DNA from: an uncultured virus (IMG/VR IMGVR_UViG_3300006923_003182) | Lineage: Duplodnaviria; Heunggongvirae; Uroviricota; Caudoviricetes | Strand: one strand, 5' to 3' | Virus record (IMG/VR): IMGVR_UViG_3300006923_003182 | Location: 1-64,000 of that record | DNA length: 64,000 bases | Shown: piece after piece, positions 28,409 to 37,473 of the stretch | Numbering within the stretch: position 1 is the first letter of the stretch | How the letters are laid out: each line of letters begins with the position of its first letter | The notes under the pieces: generated by a model | What the model was told of the DNA's origin: nothing | The model's database searches: none | Seen by the model: the letters and a program-made list of their open reading frames with translations, nothing else | Translations under genes and position numbers: made by a program

Positions 28409-28588
28409 TTAGGCCTCTGCCGCAGGAGACATGCTGTGTACCGCAAGGGTCTCTATCGCATCCTCTTCTGCTGCCTTTATTTCATCCATCATTTCCCAAA
28501 CGCTAGCGTTTTCGTCCATAAGTCTTTCGTTTTCTTTTTCTAGTTCTTTTATCTTGGCGTACGGCCTAAATATGTCTCTAAATTTCAT
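28409..28588 (-). CDS. 59-aa coiled-coil hypothetical protein (missing from ORF track)
   Basis: MKFRDIFRPYAKIKELEKENERLMDEN...AAEA*; ATGA overlap with the upstream stop, and its TAA abuts the next ATG. Confidence 0.7.
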   Translation of the reverse strand: MKFRDIFRPYAKIKELEKENERLMDENASVWEMMDEIKAAEEDAIETLAVHSMSPAAEA

Positions 28589-31500
28589 GATTCGCCCCTT
28601 GTGTGTTGTTGCTCTAAAGGAATGTTTTTTATATCATTTGTCGTTATATGCTTTAAATTTAACGACCCAGAAGAAAGTCTCTCCCAAGCTCCCTGTGCAT
28701 GGATATTCATTAATACATAATAAAGATAATTAGAATCTAGCACGCTTTTTGCCGCCGGCCTTACGGCAACTCCTATGTGCTGCGGCTCGAAAGACTTGAC
28801 CACTGACCCCACTGACTCTTTCGATCCCTTCCTTATTATCCAAAAATCTGCATCTTCAAAGTTTGTTTTAATCTCGCAGAAACCTCCGAGCTTGAGCGGG
28901 CTGGCAAGCTTATGGAGCTTTGCAATTTTATAAGATCTTCCATCCTCAATTATATTTTCGTTAGGAAAAGCTCCCCACTCAAACTTCTCCTCATCATCGC
29001 CGACTGGACTATAAAGATCGTTGTAATCTCCAGAGGATACCATGGCATCAAAGGTTCTATCTCCATCTAAATATGCTTGAAAAATTCTATGATTGCCATC
29101 TTCAACAATAAGTTGCTCGTGTTTGGTGTCCCAAAATAATTCCGGGAGCCCTTCCGTCATCGATGGCCTTCCGAGGCGAAGATGCCTCAAAGTCGAATCG
29201 CCCTGACCCTTAGACATAGTGATTTTTTCAAAAGGAATGCCCCTAACCAGGGTGTATCCGCTTTCGCTATCTTCTATTTCTCCAAGCAGATCCTCCGAGA
29301 ATGAGAAGGGCATTTTTGAGAATGGAAGCTCCAATTGACGGCCGCTCTGCTTGCGAGCCTCGTTGTCATCGGCCAAATCCTCATCTTCCTCATATTCTAT
29401 CTCTTCGAACTGTCCGTATCCTAATTCGTTTTTTGTCTCAAAGTATATTGAGGCCTCTTCCGGCGTTGCCTCGTAATAATCTGACAGCCCCTTGTAGCTC
29501 ATTTCATCGTTCCGATAAATATCGCTAGCGTTCGCCAGAATATAATATGAATCAATAAATTTTGCCGGGATTCTGCCGCGATATCCATATACGCCCATCT
29601 CCCTAGACACCGCCATCGCCGTGCCCGGCATTGCCTCACCTTGGGTGCCGGAGCTGCGAGTTTTGTTGGAAATATAGTCATAAACATTGGTCTGTTCCGA
29701 CTTGTTATTTATATCATAATCCGGAACAAGTTTGGCCTCATCCTGCAGAGAAAACTCAACGATCATGGGGTCGTCGCCAACCTTATCTGCTGTATGTACC
29801 GCGTGCGCTCGAGCTTCATCAAATCTGGATGTAAAAAATATTAAATCAGAATGGGCAATATCTTTATAATTCGTCTCTGACACTCCCGGCCGAAGTCCCG
29901 TCTTTAAAATATCTCCCAAATACTTGGTTGACGTACCGTGAAACATGGTCTTTGCAACTCTCCCGCGTATTTCGTGCTTTGATGCTTCAAACTCATCATC
30001 TCCGCCGTAATAAACAACGTTGTTTAGCCCTAGCTCTTTGAATACTTTTTTCACTAAGATTGAAGACTTCGGGTCCAGGGAAAACCCCCCTCTTCTTTGC
30101 AAGTGAAGATCAGAGCGTGGAGGGTTGGTCCAGGGGGCGTCATGGATCGACCCAACAAGAACGTCAGAGCGCCCCTCATCGTCGATTGCCGTGTATAGAT
30201 CCTCTAAGATCTCCCAGTCTTTATACTTCATCCCTATTTCGGTATTTATTTCATCTATAATGTCATCAGGTATGGGCTCATCATCATCTTCGAATCTCCA
30301 TATTTTGGAGCCAAACGCAACAATCGAAGATCCGCTGCCGTAGATATGCATAGCAATTTTATGTAAGCTTGCAATCTTGTCCATTCTAGCGCTGATATCA
30401 AAGTGAGCTAGAGCCAATAGAACCCCCGGATGAACATCAAGACTCGAAACCTCGTCTAAATCGACAATCTTCCAATCTGTATGCTCCCAGTTTAGCGTCG
30501 GGCTTATCGAGCCCATTACGTCCGCAGTAACTTCCAGCAGAAACGTCGTAAAAGTAAAGCTGCCATCTTTAAAAACATAATTATCTACAAACCTTCCAGA
30601 TGGTATGCCTCCGATCTCCTCTTCGGCCTCATGGATTGCAGATTCTTTCGGATCCCTCCCGCCCCCGTTAGAGTCCCTCGGAATGGCCCCTCCAGAAATG
30701 CCCCACAATCCCGGGTTCTCAACGTATGGTGAGCGCTTGAGTAATAATATTCTTTCGCCGTCCGTTATCATTATGCCCGAGGCTGCTGAGCCCCAGTACT
30801 TCCCGACAAAGCCTTCGTCCCGGTAGTCCGTGGCTACTTTATTTAATTTCGCGATCTTTCTTTGACGCTTGGACATCTCCTCGTCATATCCATCGGACTG
30901 GCCAATTACCTCTCCGCCTGGAAGCACCGCCCTCCAGGTGCTGCCCACGGTCTTCTCGTGCTCAGCTATATAATCGACATAATCATTTCCACCATAATGA
31001 AATGTTAATTCATAATTTGGATACCCAGAATCCTCTACCACATATAGTATTCTGTTCTTTCCCGAGAATCCAATTGGCATCATTGAGCGAAGATTTTGAT
31101 GACGCCAATCGTTATCACTTTTTATATTTATAAGCTCTGGAGCGGCGGCGCTTAGGGCATCGACCGAGACTCTTAGCTTTTCCCATGAGCCCTTAAAGGC
31201 ATTATTTCTAGTGGTTTCGATTAAGTCTTCATAATCTTGAATCTTATCTTCGACCCCCTCTACCATTTGGTTGTTGCGCCTTATGATTCCTTCAATTATT
31301 TTATTATAACGTTTAATGTTCTCATCTTTATAACGATGAGCCTCGACCTCCATGAGGTGATTCGCATAAGAAATGAAGACATCTTTGAATAAACCATAGA
31401 ATCGCTCTCTCTGTCTTTTTATCCTATTCTTAAATCCAGGATGGTTTTCGATTAAAATATTTCCTAGGTCGTCTATCTTATCCGAATAGTCCCAAAGTCT

Positions 31501-31971
31501 AATTTCATCATATATCTTATTGTAAAAATCTGGATTAAGATTTCCCGAGTATCCCCAGCCACTTCTAGCGCCGTGGAAGACAAGGCTGCCCTCAAACGTG
31601 CGAAAGAATTGGTCAGCAGAAGACCCAATAATCCTGGATATATTCGGCAGTACAAAATCTTCGTCAACCATAGCATCTGGGCTGCGAGTTTCATAAGTTA
31701 TGCCAATCATTAATTTATTATCTCCGCGGGTCGTGGCGGTGCTCGATGCGGAAGATGCGGATCCAAAATTATCGGTCATATAGACGCCACCATGAGTCTT
31801 TATGGAGCTTGTGCCGGCCCCGCGTCCAAACTCATCGTTATAAACGGGGGGCTTATTTGGCAATAATCCTTCTTTTAGGATCCCCCTTAAATTATTTGAG
31901 GTTGTTCCGTGCCAAAATAGCTTTCTTTCGGCAATCTTGTGCAGCCTCGATATTTGCCCCGAGCGATTCAC
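28585..31971 (-). CDS. multidomain polyprotein: ART-like + NUDIX + ART-like + ParB-like + HsdS/TRD-like
   Basis: FWHGTT...ILKEGLLP...GVYMT; WGISGG...SAIHEAEEEIG; MFHGTS...ILKTGLRP...IFFT...RIPAKFI; EDGNHRI; LGGFCEIKTNF...YLYYVL...HITTNDIKNIPL. Confidence 0.75.
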   Translation of the reverse strand: MNRSGQISRLHKIAERKLFWHGTTSNNLRGILKEGLLPNKPPVYNDEFGRGAGTSSIKTHGGVYMTDNFGSASSASSTATTRGDNKLMIGITYETRSPDAMVDEDFVLPNISRIIGSSADQFFRTFEGSLVFHGARSGWGYSGNLNPDFYNKIYDEIRLWDYSDKIDDLGNILIENHPGFKNRIKRQRERFYGLFKDVFISYANHLMEVEAHRYKDENIKRYNKIIEGIIRRNNQMVEGVEDKIQDYEDLIETTRNNAFKGSWEKLRVSVDALSAAAPELINIKSDNDWRHQNLRSMMPIGFSGKNRILYVVEDSGYPNYELTFHYGGNDYVDYIAEHEKTVGSTWRAVLPGGEVIGQSDGYDEEMSKRQRKIAKLNKVATDYRDEGFVGKYWGSAASGIMITDGERILLLKRSPYVENPGLWGISGGAIPRDSNGGGRDPKESAIHEAEEEIGGIPSGRFVDNYVFKDGSFTFTTFLLEVTADVMGSISPTLNWEHTDWKIVDLDEVSSLDVHPGVLLALAHFDISARMDKIASLHKIAMHIYGSGSSIVAFGSKIWRFEDDDEPIPDDIIDEINTEIGMKYKDWEILEDLYTAIDDEGRSDVLVGSIHDAPWTNPPRSDLHLQRRGGFSLDPKSSILVKKVFKELGLNNVVYYGGDDEFEASKHEIRGRVAKTMFHGTSTKYLGDILKTGLRPGVSETNYKDIAHSDLIFFTSRFDEARAHAVHTADKVGDDPMIVEFSLQDEAKLVPDYDINNKSEQTNVYDYISNKTRSSGTQGEAMPGTAMAVSREMGVYGYRGRIPAKFIDSYYILANASDIYRNDEMSYKGLSDYYEATPEEASIYFETKNELGYGQFEEIEYEEDEDLADDNEARKQSGRQLELPFSKMPFSFSEDLLGEIEDSESGYTLVRGIPFEKITMSKGQGDSTLRHLRLGRPSMTEGLPELFWDTKHEQLIVEDGNHRIFQAYLDGDRTFDAMVSSGDYNDLYSPVGDDEEKFEWGAFPNENIIEDGRSYKIAKLHKLASPLKLGGFCEIKTNFEDADFWIIRKGSKESVGSVVKSFEPQHIGVAVRPAAKSVLDSNYLYYVLMNIHAQGAWERLSSGSLNLKHITTNDIKNIPLEQQHTRGES

Positions 31972-31991
31972 TTAAATTCTCCAATTTGCTT

Positions 31992-32014
31992 TCATTCTAC
32001 GCTTGAATATTAGC
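31992..32014 (-). promoter_or_regulatory. conserved intergenic motif GCTAATATTCAAGCGTAGAATGA
   Basis: 31992-32012 matches 10699-10719 at 20/21 nt; upstream of the polyprotein gene and its GGAG RBS. Confidence 0.6.
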
Positions 32015-32033
32015 AAATTTTCAAATAGTTAAA

Positions 32034-32819
32034 TTATATTCCTAAATCTTTCATTTTCTTCTTTACAGAGGTGCAAGTATCTTTTGGTCCGGTTACCGGA
32101 AATGATTTATCTTCCAATAATTTATGCATCGTATAGTCATTTCCTTCTGGGGTCATTCTATCTCCCCAGTAGTAAACATCGTATTCATTAAAAAATTGCA
32201 TAGCGTATGTCTTGTCCCAGTTTTCGGGATAAATATCAAAACTAGTATCACCAGCGATAACGGCCGTAAGCTTTATTCCATTTTCATCTAAAAACTCTTG
32301 GAGCTCCCCGGCCCGAATCCCCCGCAGCCCTCGTTCTGCGTCAATTTCTTTAAACTTATCCCTATCGGCATCAGTTGCCATTCTCCCAATCGGGCACCAG
32401 TTTACTGTAGAGCCGCGATACGTAATAAACGTCCCGGTTAGTGGAATATCATCGGCATCTTGCATAATTTCAGCTTGGGCGTATACCAGCTCGGTCATCA
32501 ACTTTCTAAAGGCGACCTCTCCCAGGTGGGCTCGCAAATCTTCTTCTTTAATAACCTCATAAGAGATTTTTTCATCAGACTTTATAACGTTATAAGCCTT
32601 GGTTCCATTACAGGCCAGGGCATAAACTTTAAAATCATGCGGCATTGCTAAAAATAACTCTTCGCACTGCTCTTTTAAAAAGTCCATATCCGAACCCGTA
32701 AGGATTCCGATCTCGATGGACTTATTTGCTTTGGATAATAACTTTATAATCTTTTTTGTAACTTGTTTCCGAGACGCGCAAAGGGTGCCGTCCAGATCAA
32801 ATAGGAATACTGTTTTCAT
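32034..32819 (-). CDS. HAD-IIB (eukaryote-type) phosphomannomutase
   Basis: LFDLDGTL, FITYRG...CPIGR, SFDIYPENWDKTY, GDR...GNDY. Confidence 0.88.
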   Translation of the reverse strand: MKTVFLFDLDGTLCASRKQVTKKIIKLLSKANKSIEIGILTGSDMDFLKEQCEELFLAMPHDFKVYALACNGTKAYNVIKSDEKISYEVIKEEDLRAHLGEVAFRKLMTELVYAQAEIMQDADDIPLTGTFITYRGSTVNWCPIGRMATDADRDKFKEIDAERGLRGIRAGELQEFLDENGIKLTAVIAGDTSFDIYPENWDKTYAMQFFNEYDVYYWGDRMTPEGNDYTMHKLLEDKSFPVTGPKDTCTSVKKKMKDLGI

Positions 32820-32820
32820 T

Positions 32821-33675
32821 TTAAAATAACCTTTTTAAGTCATCATCAGATATATATCTTTCTCCACGATCGCAGATTATGGTTACGACTTCGCCGAAGA
32901 TGCTTTTATTTAATCTAATTTGCTCGGCTGCCAGAACATTGGCCGCCGATGAAATACCAACTAGAACTCCCAACTCCCTGGACAGGGATATCATCTTTGA
33001 CTTTGCATCTTCTGTTTTTATCTTAAGTGTTGCATCAGCGTGCTCAGCATTCATCAGGTAATCTCCGCCATCGCCGATTCCCTGAATCCCGTGTTCCTCT
33101 TCTTCTGGGCGCATAAATATAAGCTTTGTATTTAAATCATTTTCTGCAACAAAAGCAGCGATCCCCATCATTGTCCCTCCGGTGCCGGCGCCGGATACAA
33201 AGGCTCCCCATGTGCTTTCGCCTAATTGCCTAAATATCTCTTTTGCGGTTGTATTTTTATGGCATTGTATATTTAGTTTGTTTTCAAATTGCATGGGCGA
33301 CCAAGCCCCCGCGGCTACAAGTTCATTTCTATACTTTATGGCTCCGGCGAAATCATATGGAGCAACTTCAATAATTTCAGCTCCAAAGAACCTCATCATG
33401 CTTCGCCTTTCTTCGGACATGTTAGACGGCATTATGATCTTTACCTCGTTCCCCAAGGTTGCCCCAATCGCAGCAAGAGATATGCCGGTATTCCCGGAGG
33501 TCGCCTCAACCAATATAGTGTCTTTCGAGATTGCATTATTTTTTAATGCATCTTCTACGATATATGAGATGATTCTATCTTTTATTGAGCCCGTGGGGTT
33601 ATAGGTCTCAAGCTTTACAAGAATTCCGGACCTAAGTCTAACTAATGGTGTGTTTCCAATTAATTGTTTGAGCAT
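32821..33675 (-). CDS. cysK: PLP-dependent cysteine synthase family protein
   Basis: IGNTPLV, KLE.YNPTGSIKDR, EATSGNTG, GAGTGGT, HGIQGIG, DRGERY. Confidence 0.88.
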   Translation of the reverse strand: MLKQLIGNTPLVRLRSGILVKLETYNPTGSIKDRIISYIVEDALKNNAISKDTILVEATSGNTGISLAAIGATLGNEVKIIMPSNMSEERRSMMRFFGAEIIEVAPYDFAGAIKYRNELVAAGAWSPMQFENKLNIQCHKNTTAKEIFRQLGESTWGAFVSGAGTGGTMMGIAAFVAENDLNTKLIFMRPEEEEHGIQGIGDGGDYLMNAEHADATLKIKTEDAKSKMISLSRELGVLVGISSAANVLAAEQIRLNKSIFGEVVTIICDRGERYISDDDLKRLF

Positions 33676-33709
33676 TTAGTCCCCCATAACTATACTCAAA
33701 TATGGAAAA

Positions 33710-34627
33710 TTAATATGAGTAGCTCGTCCCTAAGATTTTTTCTTCTATATTTTTGACCGGAGAATAGCCGAGAATTCCTTTAATCTTATCTATATTGGCG
33801 AGAGAGTGCTTTACGTCGCCTAATCGTTCGGCTTTAAATATTGGAGGCATAAGATCTAAAATCTCACAAAGCTGTAAAAGCGACATATTTTCCCCCCTGG
33901 CTACGTTGAAGGCTTCCCCATTTAACTTTTCAGGATGCTCTGCCGCCAATATGTTCGCAGAAACAACACTTTCAACGGGGCAAAAATCTCGACTCTGCAT
34001 TCCATCGCCATAAATTGTTGGACGAACATTGTTTCTCTTGCAGACCGAAAACGCGGGCAAAACGGCCGCATAAGCCGAATCGGGGCGCTGCCTTGGCCCG
34101 ATCACATTAAAATATCGCAAACATGCGGTATCTAATCCCATTTCGGATGCATATAGTCGGCAATACCGCTCACCTGTTAGCTTCTGGAGAGCATATGGGG
34201 ACCGAGGGTTGGGCTCGTCGCTCTCGCAGTTAGGAGGGCCGTCAGAGCCACCGTAAATAGACGATGAAGAAGAAAATACAAATCTTTCAACCTTATATTT
34301 TCTGGATAACTCCAAAAGCCTTACCGTTCCGTTTATATTTGTAAAATCAGAGAAAACCGGATTCTCAACGGAGGGGGCTACTCCAGACTTTGCGGCAAGA
34401 TGAAACACGTACTTGATTTTATGATTCTGAAAGGCTCTTTCTAGGTTATCAGAAGTTATATCATAAAGAGCCGGAATAAAATTTTCATGCCCAATATGAG
34501 ATTCCAGAGTTGTTTGCAATCCAGAGCTTAAATTATCAACACCAATAACTTTATACTTATTGAGTAATTCGTCCGTAAGGTGTCCGCCGATAAACCCCGC
34601 AGATCCGGTAACTAATACTGTATCCAT
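33710..34627 (-). CDS. NAD-dependent nucleotide-sugar epimerase (WbpP-like)
   Basis: TGSAGFIG, FHLAA, SSSSIYG, SPYALQK, LRYFNV.GPRQ. Confidence 0.9.
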   Translation of the reverse strand: MDTVLVTGSAGFIGGHLTDELLNKYKVIGVDNLSSGLQTTLESHIGHENFIPALYDITSDNLERAFQNHKIKYVFHLAAKSGVAPSVENPVFSDFTNINGTVRLLELSRKYKVERFVFSSSSSIYGGSDGPPNCESDEPNPRSPYALQKLTGERYCRLYASEMGLDTACLRYFNVIGPRQRPDSAYAAVLPAFSVCKRNNVRPTIYGDGMQSRDFCPVESVVSANILAAEHPEKLNGEAFNVARGENMSLLQLCEILDLMPPIFKAERLGDVKHSLANIDKIKGILGYSPVKNIEEKILGTSYSY

Positions 34628-34644
34628 TTTATAATTCCTTTCAC

Positions 34645-35306
34645 TTAAAACTTATATCCGAAATAATCTATATCTTTAGAATAAAGCTTTCGAATGAATT
34701 CTACCATTTCCTCATCATAATAATCCTGGTATTTGTTGTTAAATTTTCGGTATGACGTTTTGAATTTTGGCAAACTTTTAGAATCAAACCTTCCAAGTTG
34801 TAATTTGTCAAAAACAACTGCTATATCATTATGTAAGTTTTCATATTTAATGTAGAAGTCACAAACTGGCTTGTCGTCTATAGTGTGAAGCTCCCAGTTG
34901 TTTAATTCTGACGCGTGCTTCTTCGAAAACAACTTAAATAAAGTCTTTGCATCGGCGAATTTATTAGCCTCCAGCTCTCTGCCTCCCACAAACCAGAATA
35001 AAGAAACGGCCCTATCCCACGGATTTCTTACGGCGGAAAATTTATAGTATGAATCAAATAATTCCGGTCCGATTTCCTTCTTTATCTTTGATGCGGGGCT
35101 ATGCGGCCGCCACTGAGACCTCTTATTTATCCCATTCATTCTTCCTGCGATTATTCCATATTTTGATTCTTGCATATTGACAGAATCACCATTTTTTATG
35201 CTCTGCTTGGGGCCTATGCAATATTTCTGAAAGACGCCTTCGACAGAACTTCCTCCGACTTTTTTATTCTTAATGTAAATGAACTTTTTCGATGTGATAT
35301 TAGCAT
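34645..35306 (-). pseudogene. sulfotransferase (family 2) with a 1-nt frameshift after codon 7, or an assembly error
   Basis: ATG 35306 abuts the upstream TAA; MLISHRK needs one more A in the A5 run at 35285-35289 to join KFIYIKNKKVGGSSV...VRNPWDRAVS...DIDYFGYKF. Confidence 0.75.
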
Positions 35307-36119
35307 TTAATCTTCGATAATATTTATAGAATCGGGCCTTAGTATATTCTTGGACTCAACCGCGGCCTCCAAGACTTTGCATATAGACTTTTCCCTCTTC
35401 ATTTGCGCCAGAAGGGCATTTGTATCCTTCGGGAAGCAATGTCCAGAATAACTAAGTCCACCATCGGGGCCTGGAACATTTGTATGCATCTTTTCAACCC
35501 ACGGGCCGAGCATTAAGTCTCTTACATTATTATAATCTATTCCAAGAGAATTGCATAGAAGATAATATTCATTAAATATTGAAACCTTAACGCTGTAATA
35601 GCAATTTCTCATAATCTTCATTGCCTCCGACTCATCAGAAGTGCAGGCCGCGATTCTTGCCGACGGGTATAGTCTCTTATAGAACAATATCAGCCTATCG
35701 AACAGCTCAGACTTGCTAGAGCTTCCAATAACTATGTAATCTTGATTGTGAAAATCTTCAAATGCCGTTCTTTCGGTTAAAAACTCTGGATTATGAGCAA
35801 TATTAAGCCCATACTTATTTGCCAGCGTCTTGGTTACACCGATTTCAACAGTAGACTTTATAACACAGAGCCCCTTGTAGTTGTTCTTTTTTAAAAGTTC
35901 AAGATTCTCTTCGATCGCAGATAAGTCGAAGTGCTTGCCGCTTATAAATGGAGTCGGAAGGCAGAGAAACAGAATATCCGAATCTAGGACTGAATTAATC
36001 GTTCCTATTTTTTGAAACTTGTCGTATATAGCTGTGGTTACGCCATTTATTTTAAACGACTTATGCAATGCACTGCCAACAAAGCCATTCCCTATCTGTG
36101 CAATTCTCATCGTCATCAT
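35307..36119 (-). CDS. UDP-glucose/GDP-mannose dehydrogenase family protein
   Basis: IGNGFVG, CLPTP, IKSTV, NPEFL, GHCFPKD. Confidence 0.9.
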   Translation of the reverse strand: MMTMRIAQIGNGFVGSALHKSFKINGVTTAIYDKFQKIGTINSVLDSDILFLCLPTPFISGKHFDLSAIEENLELLKKNNYKGLCVIKSTVEIGVTKTLANKYGLNIAHNPEFLTERTAFEDFHNQDYIVIGSSSKSELFDRLILFYKRLYPSARIAACTSDESEAMKIMRNCYYSVKVSIFNEYYLLCNSLGIDYNNVRDLMLGPWVEKMHTNVPGPDGGLSYSGHCFPKDTNALLAQMKREKSICKVLEAAVESKNILRPDSINIIED

Positions 36120-36583
36120 TCCTTCCTACCGTTTAGGCGCGGGAAGCCTGCACTTTTATCGCCTGAAGCCCCAATAAATTTTATTATCTTCTCGGTAACG
36201 TCCTTATCTTTGAATATATCCAAGATCAAGAGCCTATCCATGGCGCCTGCGTCGGAAAAGGTCTTTATAACATCGCGATGGAACTCGAGCATATCGGGAA
36301 GCCCCTCGTGATTAGAGAACCGCCTCACCGAGCGTGTCCAGGCTGCACTGTCCCTGATGGTTAATATAAATCCGCTGCTATTCGACTCGGCCAGCAGCTC
36401 TTCGTATCTTTGGTATAGCGAATTATCGATTACCGCAACTGCATCAAGATTTGCGACATTCGGAGTGCCACCGGTGAGCATGCACTTGTGCTCAGACGAA
36501 ACCCCAAGCTCAAAAAGATATGCGGCCAAGCTGGTAGTCCCCGTCCTTGGAAGCCCAATTCCATATATGGCCGTGTAATTCAC
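36116..36583 (-). CDS. sulfotransferase-like protein
   Basis: GIGLPRTGTTSL, FILTIRD...W..S. Confidence 0.7.
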   Translation of the reverse strand: MNYTAIYGIGLPRTGTTSLAAYLFELGVSSEHKCMLTGGTPNVANLDAVAVIDNSLYQRYEELLAESNSSGFILTIRDSAAWTRSVRRFSNHEGLPDMLEFHRDVIKTFSDAGAMDRLLILDIFKDKDVTEKIIKFIGASGDKSAGFPRLNGRKE

Positions 36584-37473
36584 ATCACGCTCTTTGCGAT
36601 TTCATTGACCACCACTAGAGACTCCATTGCATCGTCTATTCCGAACCCGTTGCCAGATAATACTTCTTTATACGAAATTGTATGCAAATCTGTGAATCCG
36701 CCGCTAAACTCAACACTTTGGTTGTCAATCGTTATTTTTCTAAAAGCAGGCTGACCGGCAGCGATAGATTCTTTTGGAAGATCATTTTCATCCGTACTCA
36801 GCCTCCATTTTACGTTTGCTCTCTCTAGAATCAGGGTTCCAGAGACGCTTGATGAATACTTGCTTTCGACTATGTTTTCAACCGGCGACCCAAAAATCCA
36901 TATTAACATATCGAAAAAATGTATACCAATATTTGCAGCAAGACCTCCCGACTTAGACTCCTGTCCCTTCCATGACTGGCAATACCACTTGCCTCTTGAC
37001 GTTATATACTCAAGATTTACATCGACAACTTTTTTGGAGTTATTATATCGGCTCTTTATGTCTATAATGGCCGGATGATGACGAAGCTGCAAAATGCAAT
37101 TTACTGTTCTTCCCGTCTCTCTCTCTATCTCTTTCAAATATTGCAAGTTACCTGCCATTACAACCAGTGGCTTTTCGCAAATAACATCACAATCGTTACG
37201 AAGCGCCAGCCTTATATGCGAATCATGCAAATAATTTGGCGAACAAATACTTATGTAGTCTATTTTGCCACTTGTTCTTCTCAGCTTGTCGACGTGTCTA
37301 TCAAATCTCTCGATTTCGGTAAAAAAATCTGCCCCTGGAAAGTATGAATCAATAATTCCAACGGAATCAAATGGGTCAATTGCCGCTACCAAGTCGCAGT
37401 TGTTGTCTTTTATTGCTCGCATATGCCGTGGGGCTACATATCCAGCGGCACCGATGAGTCCAAACTTTTTCAC
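36580..37473 (-). CDS. Gfo/Idh/MocA oxidoreductase (WbpB/WlbA-like UDP-GlcNAcA 3-dehydrogenase)
   Basis: GAAGYVAPRHM, ICSPNYLH, CEKP, NIGIHFFD, EFSGGFTDLH. Confidence 0.9.
   Translation of the reverse strand: MKKFGLIGAAGYVAPRHMRAIKDNNCDLVAAIDPFDSVGIIDSYFPGADFFTEIERFDRHVDKLRRTSGKIDYISICSPNYLHDSHIRLALRNDCDVICEKPLVVMAGNLQYLKEIERETGRTVNCILQLRHHPAIIDIKSRYNNSKKVVDVNLEYITSRGKWYCQSWKGQESKSGGLAANIGIHFFDMLIWIFGSPVENIVESKYSSSVSGTLILERANVKWRLSTDENDLPKESIAAGQPAFRKITIDNQSVEFSGGFTDLHTISYKEVLSGNGFGIDDAMESLVVVNEIAKSVM

Noticed and set aside
28431..28733. 100-aa plus-strand ORF
   Set aside because: The opposite-strand 59-aa ORF 28409..28588 fits the gap exactly with coupled start and stop
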